A stretch of DNA of 64,000 bases from Thermodesulfobacteriota bacterium (lineage in GTDB: Bacteria > Desulfobacterota > DSM-4660 > Desulfatiglandales > HGW-15), in contig JBHPCX010000004.1 of assembly GCA_042573485.1 (NCBI GenBank), positions 18,210 to 82,209 on the forward strand, in the 5' to 3' direction. The notes beneath the pieces are model-generated. The model was not told the DNA's origin, searched no databases, and saw only the letters and a program-made list of their open reading frames with translations. The position numbers and the translations under genes are program-made. This document shows positions 37,442 through 47,050 of this stretch, in pieces. Within the stretch, counting starts at the first letter, position 1, and each line of letters opens with the position of its first letter.

Positions 37442-39247
37442 TTAATTGCCTTCTATCTGCGCAGGATTATCAAAATAGAGTAATCGATCTACCTTGACAG
37501 AAAGAAAGTCTATTATCTCAGTCGGAAGGGTGATGCCGGAGATAAAATTGTTAAGGTTGTTTTTGTCCAGGAAAAAAACACCGGGGATTATAATGCTGAT
37601 ATTATTCTGTCCTCTACCGGAAAAAGCATGGAACAGATGATCCTTGTCATCATATCCCAGTCCCAGAAAACTTAAGGTCTTTGTCGCAAAACCTTTGATA
37701 GAGGCTTCTTCTGATAATTGAAGTACGGTAAATTTGTGGTCGTTTAACAGGTTTATTATCTCTGTCCCCAGTCCCTTTAAATCAATTACACAGTCACGTT
37801 TATTCCTCGTAAAAGAGTAATCAGCTTTAACAACCAGATTGAAATCCGAGCCCTCTCCCTGGTACATCGGTATATCTACACCAGTTGAATAGGTCTGGCC
37901 TTCAATTTCAAGCAATTTTTCAATAATAATATTTCTGTTCCCTGCAGTATTTATTTGTTCAGCCTTTTTCTGAGATATTACTCCCTTTACCAGGTCCGGC
38001 GGGTAATCAATCATTTTTATGCCAAGTTCTTTTAAAAAAGAATCCAGAGAAGGCGGTAAGGACTCACTTTCTGTATTAATAAGATTTATACATACATAAT
38101 TCTGTTTTTCAGGAGATAAATCCGGGGATAACTTAATTATCCAGTCAGCCATTATTTCTATTTTTAAATCTTTCTCCAGGACTAATCCTTCCTCCCTTGA
38201 ATAGATTTTATTATAACCGCATTCCGGAAATATCTTATCAAGGGCGGTATTTAATGTGTCTCTATCTTTAAGATGAACAATCCTGTAGTTATCCCAGTTT
38301 GAAATTATGAGATCGGACATTCTTTCCGGAAGGGCATCATGCAGGTCTACTATTACTTTTATACCGTTCCTGAGACTGATCATGGGGTAAGATTCTGTGT
38401 TGAGATCGATCTGTCCGCCTGTCTTAAGGGGTATAAAATGCTTTCCCTGCTGAACCCATTCTTCACCAAGAAGGCCGAATAGTTCACTCAGTTCTTTGCC
38501 GATTTCGGTTAATCTTTTCTTTTCCTGAATATCTGTCGGTGAATCTGTTTTCTGAACTTTCTTAATTGGGGCCCTGATGATTTTTGGGGAATATATAGGG
38601 AGCCTGACCCTTTGTCCCGGATAAATAGTATCAATATCCTCAATGTGAGGGTTTAGCTTTTTTAGCTGTTCAAGGTAATCGGTGTAAAGTGTTTTTCTCG
38701 GGACATCGTATTTATCATTTATTACTTTTACAAGACTGTCTCCCTGTCTGACAGTATAATATTCAAGGTTTTTAAGGTCTTCAAGAGGGATAGGCTCGGA
38801 ATCGGTTTCGAAGACTGTTTTGCCTTTGCCTGTTGGCGTAACAACTAATGGGATAATAATATTCTCACCAGGGTGTATCAGGTCAATATTTGTAAGAGAG
38901 GGGTTTAATTTTTTTAAAACTGATAGTATCTCTCCCAGGTTGCTTTTTCCCAGCAGTTTCTTTTTCCTGAGAATGTTCCATATATAATCGCCTTTTGTTA
39001 CGGTATGTGCCTCGGTTAGGACTTTTTTGTCATCGACTGTGACTATTTCCTTGTCAACCTCAGCAGTTTGTACAAGTGAAATATTATAGGTTTCTTCTTC
39101 ATTGTCGGCGGCCAGAGCAGGGTTCAGGAGAAAAAGGTAAATGACGGCCTTGGTAATAATCAGTGCGCACATTATGGTCTTTGAGCGAATTTGAGTTATC
39201 AATTTGTTCTTTCCGGGAAACATTAAATCGTAATAGTATGAAATCAA
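37442..39247 (-). CDS. Secreted protein with two LysM domains and a large uncharacterised C-terminal region
   Basis: The signal-like segment is MCALIITKAVIYLFLLNPALA. The LysM repeats are HTVTKGDYIWNILRKK...IHPGENIIIP and YTVRQGDSLVKVINDKY...IYPGQRVRLP. About 370 aa of the C-terminus carry no recognised motif. Confidence 0.7.
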   Translation of the reverse strand: MISYYYDLMFPGKNKLITQIRSKTIMCALIITKAVIYLFLLNPALAADNEEETYNISLVQTAEVDKEIVTVDDKKVLTEAHTVTKGDYIWNILRKKKLLGKSNLGEILSVLKKLNPSLTNIDLIHPGENIIIPLVVTPTGKGKTVFETDSEPIPLEDLKNLEYYTVRQGDSLVKVINDKYDVPRKTLYTDYLEQLKKLNPHIEDIDTIYPGQRVRLPIYSPKIIRAPIKKVQKTDSPTDIQEKKRLTEIGKELSELFGLLGEEWVQQGKHFIPLKTGGQIDLNTESYPMISLRNGIKVIVDLHDALPERMSDLIISNWDNYRIVHLKDRDTLNTALDKIFPECGYNKIYSREEGLVLEKDLKIEIMADWIIKLSPDLSPEKQNYVCINLINTESESLPPSLDSFLKELGIKMIDYPPDLVKGVISQKKAEQINTAGNRNIIIEKLLEIEGQTYSTGVDIPMYQGEGSDFNLVVKADYSFTRNKRDCVIDLKGLGTEIINLLNDHKFTVLQLSEEASIKGFATKTLSFLGLGYDDKDHLFHAFSGRGQNNISIIIPGVFFLDKNNLNNFISGITLPTEIIDFLSVKVDRLLYFDNPAQIEGN

Positions 39248-39481
39248 ATAATCCGGTAAATGTATAAATGAGTATAAAGTATTAAAAATTTATTTATTCT
39301 AGATAGTTAGGATAAAATATGTCAATATTTTTCTAATTGCAAGTAAAAAAATACTATATATAGATAATTAACATATTTATTGCACAGCATATTGTATTTT
39401 ATGCTTTACAATTAAACATTTTAATGCTAGCTTTTCAATAATTTCAACCAGACATATCTCAAGTCAAGACAGGAGGCCGTC

Positions 39482-42400
39482 ATGAGAATCAAAAGGCTCT
39501 CTCTCATGGGATTCAAATCCTTTAAAGATAAGATTGATATCCCTTTTCCTATTGGAATAAGTGCTGTTGTAGGACCGAATGGATGTGGTAAGAGTAACAT
39601 TGTTGATGCTATCCGATGGGTTATGGGAGAACAGAGCGCCAAGCTGTTAAGGGGCCGTAACATGGAGGATGTTATCTTCAGCGGTTCAGGAGAATCACAA
39701 GCCCTGGGTATGGCAGAAGTTTGTCTTATTCTTGAAAACGGCAACGGTTCTTTTCCTGCCGAATTTTCCAATGAGGAAGAAATCTCAGTCACAAGACGTT
39801 TATACCGATCAGGTGAGAGTGAATACCTGCTTAATAATGTTCCCTGCAGACTTAAAGACATCCATGAAATATTTATGGATACCGGTCTTGGGAATAAAAG
39901 CTATTCTATAATAGGTCAGGGTAAAATCGGTGCTATCGTCGAGCAAAAACCGGAAGAAACAAGGTTGATGATCGAGGAAGCCGCGGGAATTACGAGGTTT
40001 AAAAAGAAAGAAGCTGAAGCCCGGAGAAAGATGGAGCTTACTAAAAATAATCTTCATCGGGTTGAAGACATACTTGCTGAAGTTCAAACCCATATGAGAT
40101 CCCTTAAGCGGCAGGCAGGTAAGGCGAGAAGGTATAAGGCCATAGGAGAGGAAATAAGGAGACTGGACCTGGTGCTCAGTTCAAATCTATATAATGACCT
40201 GATTGAAGCATCAGGAGAAAATAAAAAGTCAACAGACAACCTGCAGCAAGGTGAAGCAGCCCTTTATGCGAAAATGTCAGCGGTTCAGAGTGAAGTAGAA
40301 AATATGAACCTTGAACTTGATGAAAAAGACCAGGTCATTTCAAGGCTCAATAATACCTATCAAAACCTTAAGGAAGAGTTTGCCAGAAAGGAATCAGCCC
40401 TTGAGTCAATCGCCAATGAAAAGGATATGCAGTTAAAACTCAAGGACCGCCATAAAAAGGAACAGGAGGAGATTAGACAGCGGCTGCTTTCTTTGGGAGA
40501 GGAAAAAGTATCATTGGAAGGAAGGATCGCCGAACTGAAAAAAGAGGCTGAGACATGTCAAAATGAGATTACCCTGATAGAAGACAGGATGAAGGGGCGA
40601 AAGGTACTGTTGACTGAGATAAAGGAGGAATATGAAGTTGCCCGTACCAGGTTCAATTCAGGAGTCACAAAGGAAGCTGGTCTGAACAAGGAATCCGGGT
40701 ATCTTAATGAGAGAATCGCGGAAATCACTGACCGGAAAGCCAGGCTTGAGAATGAAAAAAAGGACATTGATGTAAATATTGAATCCCTCCTGGAGACCTC
40801 GGCCAAAAGGAATGAGTTAAGAGAGGCCCTCAAAGAAAAATATAATAATATAGAAAAAGATATACAGGAAAAAGAACAGAGTTGTGAGGAACTCGATGCA
40901 ATCAAAAAGAACGCGGAGGAAAGCCTGAAATCCTTAGAAAATGAACTCAGCTCAAGCCAGACCAGGCTTTCAACATTAAAATCCTATAACGAAAATTATG
41001 AGGGCTATCAGGTAGGTGTACGTACAATAATGAAAGCCGAGGACCTGACTGCAAAGAACGAGGGAAGAATATTGGGTCTTGTTGCTGATGTTATACAGGT
41101 TGATTCAAAATATGAGCAGGCAGTGGAATCTGTTTTGTCAGACAGACTTCAGTATATAGTTGTTGAAAATCAGGAAGATGGAAAGGATGCGGTCCAGTAC
41201 CTTAAGGAAAAAGACAGGGGAAGAAGCAGTTTCATATCAATAAAAGACCTGAGCGATAACAGCAACGGCGCCGGGCATAATGGATTTCCCCTGTTGAAGG
41301 ACCTTGTCAAGGTTCCCGAATCATATAGACCTATGATCAATATGCTGTTGGGTGACGCTGCCATTGTCGAAGACCTTGAACAGGCTATAACTGCCTGGAG
41401 GAGTAATGGCAGGAATACTGCTCTTGTAACTTCCGAGGGGGATTTGATCGACAGGAACGGGATAATAAGCGGTGGTAAACTCGGGTCCCATGGTCTCCTT
41501 GCCAGAAAAAGAGAGATTAAAGAACTGGACGCAAAGGTATCCGAATATGCTAAAAAGGTGGATGAAGCGAAAGGCCGTCTTGAAGGGATTATTTCTGAAG
41601 AAGAAGAAAAAAAAGCAGCTCTTTCCCGGCTGAGTGATGAAAGATATGACTGCCAGGAAAATTTGAATGAACTTGACAAGGTGATTTTTCAGCTAAGCAA
41701 TAAACTCGATCAGTTTGAAAAATTATCAGAACGGCTTGCCAATGAGCTTGAAGAGAGAATGAATGAGCAGGCAAGGCATAATGAAGCCTTGAATAGAATT
41801 AAGAATGAATTGATTCAGTGTGAGGAAAGCAAGAAAAAAGTGCAGGAGTTTCTTCTTCAAAAGAAGATAGAACTTGAAGATTCTGAAAAAGAATTCGATG
41901 AAATCCGGGAAGAACTTGAAAAGGCGAAAACGAAATACCAGGTTTCAATGGAGGAAAGCAAGGGGATCATTCGGGAAATAGAGAGAATTGATGATTATTA
42001 TGATGAGTCCCAGGTAAAGCTGGGTAAAATCGCTGAAGATATTGCCGAATGCAGAGAAAAACAGAAGGGATGCGCGGAAAGAGAAGAAATACTGAAAGAA
42101 AACATAAACAGCTACTATGAAAAACTCCGGGAATCAAAGGATTTGGTGGATAATGCCCAGCAGGAGAGAAACCTCTTCCATTCCCGGATTCGGGAAAATG
42201 AAAAGAAGGCTGAGAGCCTGAGAGAGGAGTTAGACCTTCTGAAGGAAAAAATTAACATTACAAAGATGGAGCAATCAAAGATAGAAGTGAGGATGGAGAA
42301 TCTGGTTGAACAGGTAAGGGAAAAATCAAACCAGAACCTGTGCGACATTTACAGGGATTTTCTGGAAGAAGATTATAATGAGCTGGAGACCAGAGAAAAA

Positions 42401-43039
42401 CTGGAACATCAGAAGATACTTCGTGAAAAGCTCGGGGAGGTAAACCTGACTGCCATCCAGGAGCATGAAGCACAGAAGGAGAGATACGAATTTATACTTG
42501 GCCAGAAAGAGGATCTCCTTGCCTCAATGGAATCCATAATGTTGGCTATTAAAAAGATCAACAAAACATGTCTTGAACGATTTATGGATACCTACAATAA
42601 GGTTGATGCCCAGATAAAGAATGTTTTCCCGATACTTTTCAATGGCGGAAGCGCGAGGTTGAAACTTACCGATGAAACAAAACCGCTTGAAAGCGGTGTT
42701 CTTGTTGAAGTCAAACCTCCGGGTAAAAAGGTGAGTCATATGGGACTCCTTTCCGGTGGCGAAAAGGCACTGGTGGCAATGGCGCTGCTGTTTGCCATTT
42801 ATCTGATAAAGCCGAGTCCTTTCTGTCTGCTGGATGAAGTGGACGCGCCCCTTGATGAAGCAAACGTGGACAGATTTAATGATCTTCTCAAGGAGATAAA
42901 AAAATATTCACAGGTGCTGATGGTCACCCACAACAGGAGGTCAATGGAAATTGTAGACAGCCTGTTCGGTGTTACAATGGAAAACGCGGGTATATCGAAA
43001 ATGGTTGCCGTCAACCTGAACGGGAACATAAATAATTAA
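39482..43039 (+). CDS. smc: Chromosome partition protein Smc
   Basis: 1185 aa with Walker A GPNGCGKSN, long coiled coils, a central hinge (GRILGLVADVIQVD...), signature LSGGEKALVAMALLFA and Walker B FCLLDEVDAPLD. Confidence 0.95.
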   Translation: MRIKRLSLMGFKSFKDKIDIPFPIGISAVVGPNGCGKSNIVDAIRWVMGEQSAKLLRGRNMEDVIFSGSGESQALGMAEVCLILENGNGSFPAEFSNEEEISVTRRLYRSGESEYLLNNVPCRLKDIHEIFMDTGLGNKSYSIIGQGKIGAIVEQKPEETRLMIEEAAGITRFKKKEAEARRKMELTKNNLHRVEDILAEVQTHMRSLKRQAGKARRYKAIGEEIRRLDLVLSSNLYNDLIEASGENKKSTDNLQQGEAALYAKMSAVQSEVENMNLELDEKDQVISRLNNTYQNLKEEFARKESALESIANEKDMQLKLKDRHKKEQEEIRQRLLSLGEEKVSLEGRIAELKKEAETCQNEITLIEDRMKGRKVLLTEIKEEYEVARTRFNSGVTKEAGLNKESGYLNERIAEITDRKARLENEKKDIDVNIESLLETSAKRNELREALKEKYNNIEKDIQEKEQSCEELDAIKKNAEESLKSLENELSSSQTRLSTLKSYNENYEGYQVGVRTIMKAEDLTAKNEGRILGLVADVIQVDSKYEQAVESVLSDRLQYIVVENQEDGKDAVQYLKEKDRGRSSFISIKDLSDNSNGAGHNGFPLLKDLVKVPESYRPMINMLLGDAAIVEDLEQAITAWRSNGRNTALVTSEGDLIDRNGIISGGKLGSHGLLARKREIKELDAKVSEYAKKVDEAKGRLEGIISEEEEKKAALSRLSDERYDCQENLNELDKVIFQLSNKLDQFEKLSERLANELEERMNEQARHNEALNRIKNELIQCEESKKKVQEFLLQKKIELEDSEKEFDEIREELEKAKTKYQVSMEESKGIIREIERIDDYYDESQVKLGKIAEDIAECREKQKGCAEREEILKENINSYYEKLRESKDLVDNAQQERNLFHSRIRENEKKAESLREELDLLKEKINITKMEQSKIEVRMENLVEQVREKSNQNLCDIYRDFLEEDYNELETREKLEHQKILREKLGEVNLTAIQEHEAQKERYEFILGQKEDLLASMESIMLAIKKINKTCLERFMDTYNKVDAQIKNVFPILFNGGSARLKLTDETKPLESGVLVEVKPPGKKVSHMGLLSGGEKALVAMALLFAIYLIKPSPFCLLDEVDAPLDEANVDRFNDLLKEIKKYSQVLMVTHNRRSMEIVDSLFGVTMENAGISKMVAVNLNGNINN

Positions 43040-43045
43040 TTACGA

Positions 43046-43087
43046 CCAAACAGTCATGTGAAAGCATGGCTGTTTGGATCTACTTTT
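43046..43087 (+). terminator. Rho-independent terminator of smc
   Basis: A 13-bp stem ccaaacagtcatg / catggctgtttgg (one G-U pair) with a 6-nt loop, followed by atctactttt. Confidence 0.7.
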
Positions 43088-43295
43088 AATTTTCATGAAG
43101 TAATCCATTATACAAACCATAACGCAAATGATCCCTTCCTGAGATTTGCATTAATTCACTGCCTGATTTACCTATACATACCATGAAAAAATATGTTATC
43201 TCATAACGGTTGATTAACATGTTCCTGTATAATTTAAGATCCAGAAAAAAATATTCGTTAGTAAGACAGCAACATGACATATTTGGGAAAAGCAG

Positions 43296-44261
43296 ATGTT
43301 TGGATTTAAATCAAAGAAGAATAAAAACAATGAAGAAGAAAGAGCAGGTTTTTTTAAACGGCTTAAAAATGGACTTTCTAAAACCCGAAATGGTCTAACA
43401 GGAAGGCTTGACAGAGTATTTTTAGGAAAGAGAGAGATAGACGAAGAACTTCTCGAGGAGCTTGAAGAGATTCTATTTACATCGGATCTTGGTGTAAACG
43501 CATCACAGGAATTGATTGATCTTGTAAGGGAGGGAGTGGCAAGAAAGAGTCTTGGAAATCCCGAACAGCTGAAGGCGGCGCTTAAAGAGAAGATTATTGA
43601 GTTCCTGTCTATAGAAGAACCTGAACCGGAAGAACCTCAGTCGGATGAACCCCTTGTTATTATGTTGATCGGGGTCAATGGTGTCGGAAAAACCACAACA
43701 ATCGGGAAACTGGCCAGCCTGTTTAAAGAGGAGGGCAAGGATGTTGTGCTCGCGGCTGCAGATACATTCAGGGCGGCAGCGGTTGAACAATTGACTATAT
43801 GGGGAGATCGTGTCGGTGTTGATGTAGTAAGGCAGAATGAGGGCGCGGATCCTTCAGCTGTGGTTTTTGATGCTGTCAGCGCGGCTGTCAGCAGGAAAAC
43901 GGATGTTCTTTTAGTCGATACAGCAGGTCGTTTGCATACAAAAGTAAACCTCATGGACGAATTGAGAAAAATACACCGTGTGGCCGGCAAAAAGCTGCCC
44001 GGCGCTCCTCACCAGGTGTGGCTGGTACTGGATGCAACAACAGGCCAGAATGCGATTTCACAGGCCGAGATGTTTCATGAAGCCCTGGGACTGGACGGCA
44101 TAATCCTTACAAAACTTGATGGTACAGCTAAAGGCGGTATTGTCGTAGGTATATCGAAACAGCTTGGTATACCAATAAAGTTTATAGGTATAGGTGAAAA
44201 AATAGATGATTTAAGGCCCTTTGATGCAACGGAATTTGTAGAGGCCATTTTTTCGGAATAA
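43296..44261 (+). CDS. ftsY: Signal recognition particle receptor FtsY
   Basis: The NG domain carries GVNGVGKTTTIGK, DTAGR and TKLDGTAKGG. The smc-ftsY adjacency is common. Confidence 0.93.
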   Translation: MFGFKSKKNKNNEEERAGFFKRLKNGLSKTRNGLTGRLDRVFLGKREIDEELLEELEEILFTSDLGVNASQELIDLVREGVARKSLGNPEQLKAALKEKIIEFLSIEEPEPEEPQSDEPLVIMLIGVNGVGKTTTIGKLASLFKEEGKDVVLAAADTFRAAAVEQLTIWGDRVGVDVVRQNEGADPSAVVFDAVSAAVSRKTDVLLVDTAGRLHTKVNLMDELRKIHRVAGKKLPGAPHQVWLVLDATTGQNAISQAEMFHEALGLDGIILTKLDGTAKGGIVVGISKQLGIPIKFIGIGEKIDDLRPFDATEFVEAIFSE

Positions 44262-44362
44262 TTGACGGCAACTATACTGATGAGGTGTTTTTTAGTTTCT
44301 ACCTATACTTCCGGTGTCCTCATTATTTTAACTGATTAAAAATTGGTTTTATTGGAGAATAT

Positions 44363-45394
44363 TTGAATATAAAAAATAAGTCACATTTCCCGGTATCATT
44401 TTGCTTAACTGTATTAATTGCATCTTTTTTGTTGTGTGCCATTGTTCCGGCCTATGGAAAAGGCCCTGTGGTTTTAAGGCTGGTAGTGCCGACTCCAGCG
44501 GGTGACATGCTGACTGTAAAAGACCAGGAACTGGCGCAAAATTTTAACAAACGGGCAAATGGCGAATACAAGATTCAAGTTTTTCCCGGGGAATCAATTG
44601 TGAGAGTGCCCGAATACTTGGATGCCGTGAGAGTAGGCGCCATTGAAATGGCCGACACAGCCTGGGGTATTTACTCCGGGCATGATAAAAGGTTGGGGGT
44701 AACAGAAATGCCTTTCCTTTTTAATAATTTAAATGCCTGTGTTGATGCCGTTGAAAGACTCCTGACTCTATATGATGATCTGCTGCAGAAAAAATTTAAC
44801 CAGAAGGCCCTTTCTCTTTTTGCAATAGGAGGCATGGAGCTTATATCCACGAGACCGGTCAAAACACTCAAAGACTGGAAAGGGCTGATGACCGGGGCAA
44901 TCAATCCTCAGATATCAGCTTTGACACAGATGCTGGGAGGTGCTCCTGTCGTTGTGACCTGGACGGATCTTTACACGTCGCTTCAAAAGAAAATCATAGA
45001 TGCAGGTTTGTGTAATACTCATCAGATACTTACTTTCTCCCTTACTGATGTATGTAAGAATGTAACGGTATTTTATGGTGCTTCGGGATGGCAGGGATAC
45101 TCGATTAATTTGAATGTATGGAACAAAATGCCAGAACATATTAAAGAGATACTGCTTGATGAAGCGGATAAGGCAGCAAAAAAAATGCATAGGGAGTTTA
45201 TGAGGCTGCATGATGAAGATATTGAAATTCTCAGGACAAAAGGCATAAAAGTCCATGTAATACCTCCTGAAGAGAGAAAAATATGGGCCCGGAAATTACG
45301 TCCATATTTCAAAAAAGAGATCTCTTTTATGGGTGATTTTGGAGATAAGGTGATGAGAATAGCTGATGATGTGAATAGCAGGAATCCATATTAG
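44363..45394 (+). CDS. TRAP transporter solute-binding protein (DctP family), orphan copy
   Basis: Has a signal peptide. It is about 70% identical, by a hand alignment of 85 residues, to the DctP at 54049 (RLVVP..AGD.LT.KD.ELA..FN.R....YKIQVFPGES..R.PEY.DAVRVGAIEMAD.AWGIY.GHD.RL...E.PFLFNN). No Q/M genes are adjacent. Confidence 0.85.
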   Translation: MNIKNKSHFPVSFCLTVLIASFLLCAIVPAYGKGPVVLRLVVPTPAGDMLTVKDQELAQNFNKRANGEYKIQVFPGESIVRVPEYLDAVRVGAIEMADTAWGIYSGHDKRLGVTEMPFLFNNLNACVDAVERLLTLYDDLLQKKFNQKALSLFAIGGMELISTRPVKTLKDWKGLMTGAINPQISALTQMLGGAPVVVTWTDLYTSLQKKIIDAGLCNTHQILTFSLTDVCKNVTVFYGASGWQGYSINLNVWNKMPEHIKEILLDEADKAAKKMHREFMRLHDEDIEILRTKGIKVHVIPPEERKIWARKLRPYFKKEISFMGDFGDKVMRIADDVNSRNPY

Positions 45395-45777
45395 TTTCCA
45401 GTGTGCTTTGGGTTCTGTTAATATATGATTATGAAAAAGCGGCCCGCAGGATTAAAAAGACAGTCGCTACTGGAATAAAAGATCGGATTTATCAGAAAAG
45501 GCACAATCTGTAGACGGATATTATTGATTTTTATAAAATAATAGTATATAATACACGCTTTACTGCCATAATTTTACCTTAGTGGTAGGGTGGGTAAAAC
45601 CGGGGACCGCCCGGAAAATCAGTATAATATGCAGAATAAAATATAAAATCCCCGGGGGAATGATATTAAATTAAATGATATGAGGAGGGGGATGTCAGAT
45701 AGCTCCAGTTCATTTCAACGCTGTATGTGTTCATGGATCATCTGATAAACCATATGGAAATACTATAGGGGGAAGGC

Positions 45778-46929
45778 TTGAAAAAGATAAAAATATTCTT
45801 AATAACATTGCTCGCATCATTGGTTTTGCTTGGAGTCCCCGGGGCGAGTTCAGCCTATGATCCTTTGGATATTAGCGGTCTGAATGAATCTAATTTAACA
45901 CTTTCCATAGGTAGCAGGCCGGGTTACTCAGACTTTTCCTATGGCACCTCAATTGATTCCCTGTTACTGGAAAAGGAATACAATACCTACCTGCCCTGGA
46001 TGGATGAGACACAGTTTAAGGTGAGATTCGTTATTGATCCAAACCTGTGGTCACGTCCGGGACGTGAAATCAGCAGAGTAGACTCTCAAGTGTCGGGGCT
46101 GAGACACTCCCTTTTAGCGGACGCGAATTTTCTGAATTTAAATCCTGCATCTTTTGATGCGTCTTTTAATCCGGATGATTTCGGATATGGCCTTCAGATA
46201 AGCACTCTTTTTTTCGATTCCTCAGTAGACCTGTATTTCTGGACAGGAAGTGAAAACAGTCTTTTTACATCATTATCCGCTTCCAGAATAACTTCACCTT
46301 CTCAATTATGGGGAAGGACATCGGCATTATTTCACCTCGATAATTCCGAATATTATTTCAGAAATAAAAATGTAGCAGCCACGTGGTCGAAAGATTTGAG
46401 CTTTCTTGGCTTTATTCATCAGGGGACTGCTCCGACAATCAGGTTGGAAACATCCTACAGATCTGATGAAGTAAAGGCTGTGTACGCGGCTCCGGGCGTT
46501 ATCAATCGCTTAGGAGGATATGATGAATTGAGTTTCGGTATTGCATATGAAGGCAAAAATAATTTTGAATTGCTCAACTCTTCATATGGTATCAACTGGG
46601 GTTTCGGCTATAGTTACAGCAGGGCCCTTAATGTTCCTGAAATAATTGCTGACACAAGTCTTGAAAATTTTGATACAAGGCTCGGGACTCACAGTGGAAA
46701 TATTAATGCCAGTACGTCCTGGAAGAATATGAAATTAATGACGATGGTAATGTACCTTTATGATATTCAATCAAAGGGCGGTATAACCATGATGCAGGCT
46801 AATTTCAGTCCGGACTTGAGATGGACCTACGGAGTCAGGGCTAATTTTTACGATGGAGCTGAAAGCGCCTTATGGCCGTGGATTGAAGAGTCAGAACATA
46901 TATCCCTTTCAGTGACATATAAATGGTAA
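45778..46929 (+). CDS. Secreted protein of unknown function, possibly an outer-membrane beta-barrel
   Basis: Has a signal peptide MKKIKIFLITLLASLVLLGVPGASSA, a Ser/Tyr/Gly/Asn-rich alternating sequence and a C-terminal aromatic residue (..SVTYKW). Uses a TTG start. Confidence 0.55.
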   Translation: MKKIKIFLITLLASLVLLGVPGASSAYDPLDISGLNESNLTLSIGSRPGYSDFSYGTSIDSLLLEKEYNTYLPWMDETQFKVRFVIDPNLWSRPGREISRVDSQVSGLRHSLLADANFLNLNPASFDASFNPDDFGYGLQISTLFFDSSVDLYFWTGSENSLFTSLSASRITSPSQLWGRTSALFHLDNSEYYFRNKNVAATWSKDLSFLGFIHQGTAPTIRLETSYRSDEVKAVYAAPGVINRLGGYDELSFGIAYEGKNNFELLNSSYGINWGFGYSYSRALNVPEIIADTSLENFDTRLGTHSGNINASTSWKNMKLMTMVMYLYDIQSKGGITMMQANFSPDLRWTYGVRANFYDGAESALWPWIEESEHISLSVTYKW

Positions 46930-46983
46930 TAATCGCTGTTATACCAGCTTTGAATTACATGGGATAACGATATTTAGTAAAAG

Positions 46984-47030
46984 AAAGCCCCTGGTTGCAT
47001 CTTAAAACAATCAGGGGCCTTTCTATTTTT
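46984..47030. terminator. Bidirectional intrinsic terminator between the convergent 45778 gene and AOR1
   Basis: The stem gcccctggtt / aatcaggggc (one G-U pair) is flanked by an A-tract on one side and ctttctattttt on the other. Confidence 0.65.
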
Positions 47031-47050
47031 AGTGAATGAATCGTTAAATA

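Noticed and set aside
43086-43398. ORFs 43086-43280(-) and 43210-43398(+) in the smc-ftsY spacer, 35685-35975(+) antisense to the DUF2284 gene, and the mini-ORF at 60066.
   Set aside because: They have no RBS and no motifs. They overlap better-supported genes or a terminator, and their composition is typical of AT-rich non-coding sequence.
45560-45640. Possible Moco/tungsten-cofactor or c-di-GMP riboswitch upstream of the 45778 gene, which lies near the AOR genes.
   Set aside because: The conserved cores I remember for these classes (for example GCCUCCC...GGAAAGG for Moco) are not present. Only a generic GC-rich hairpin potential is seen.
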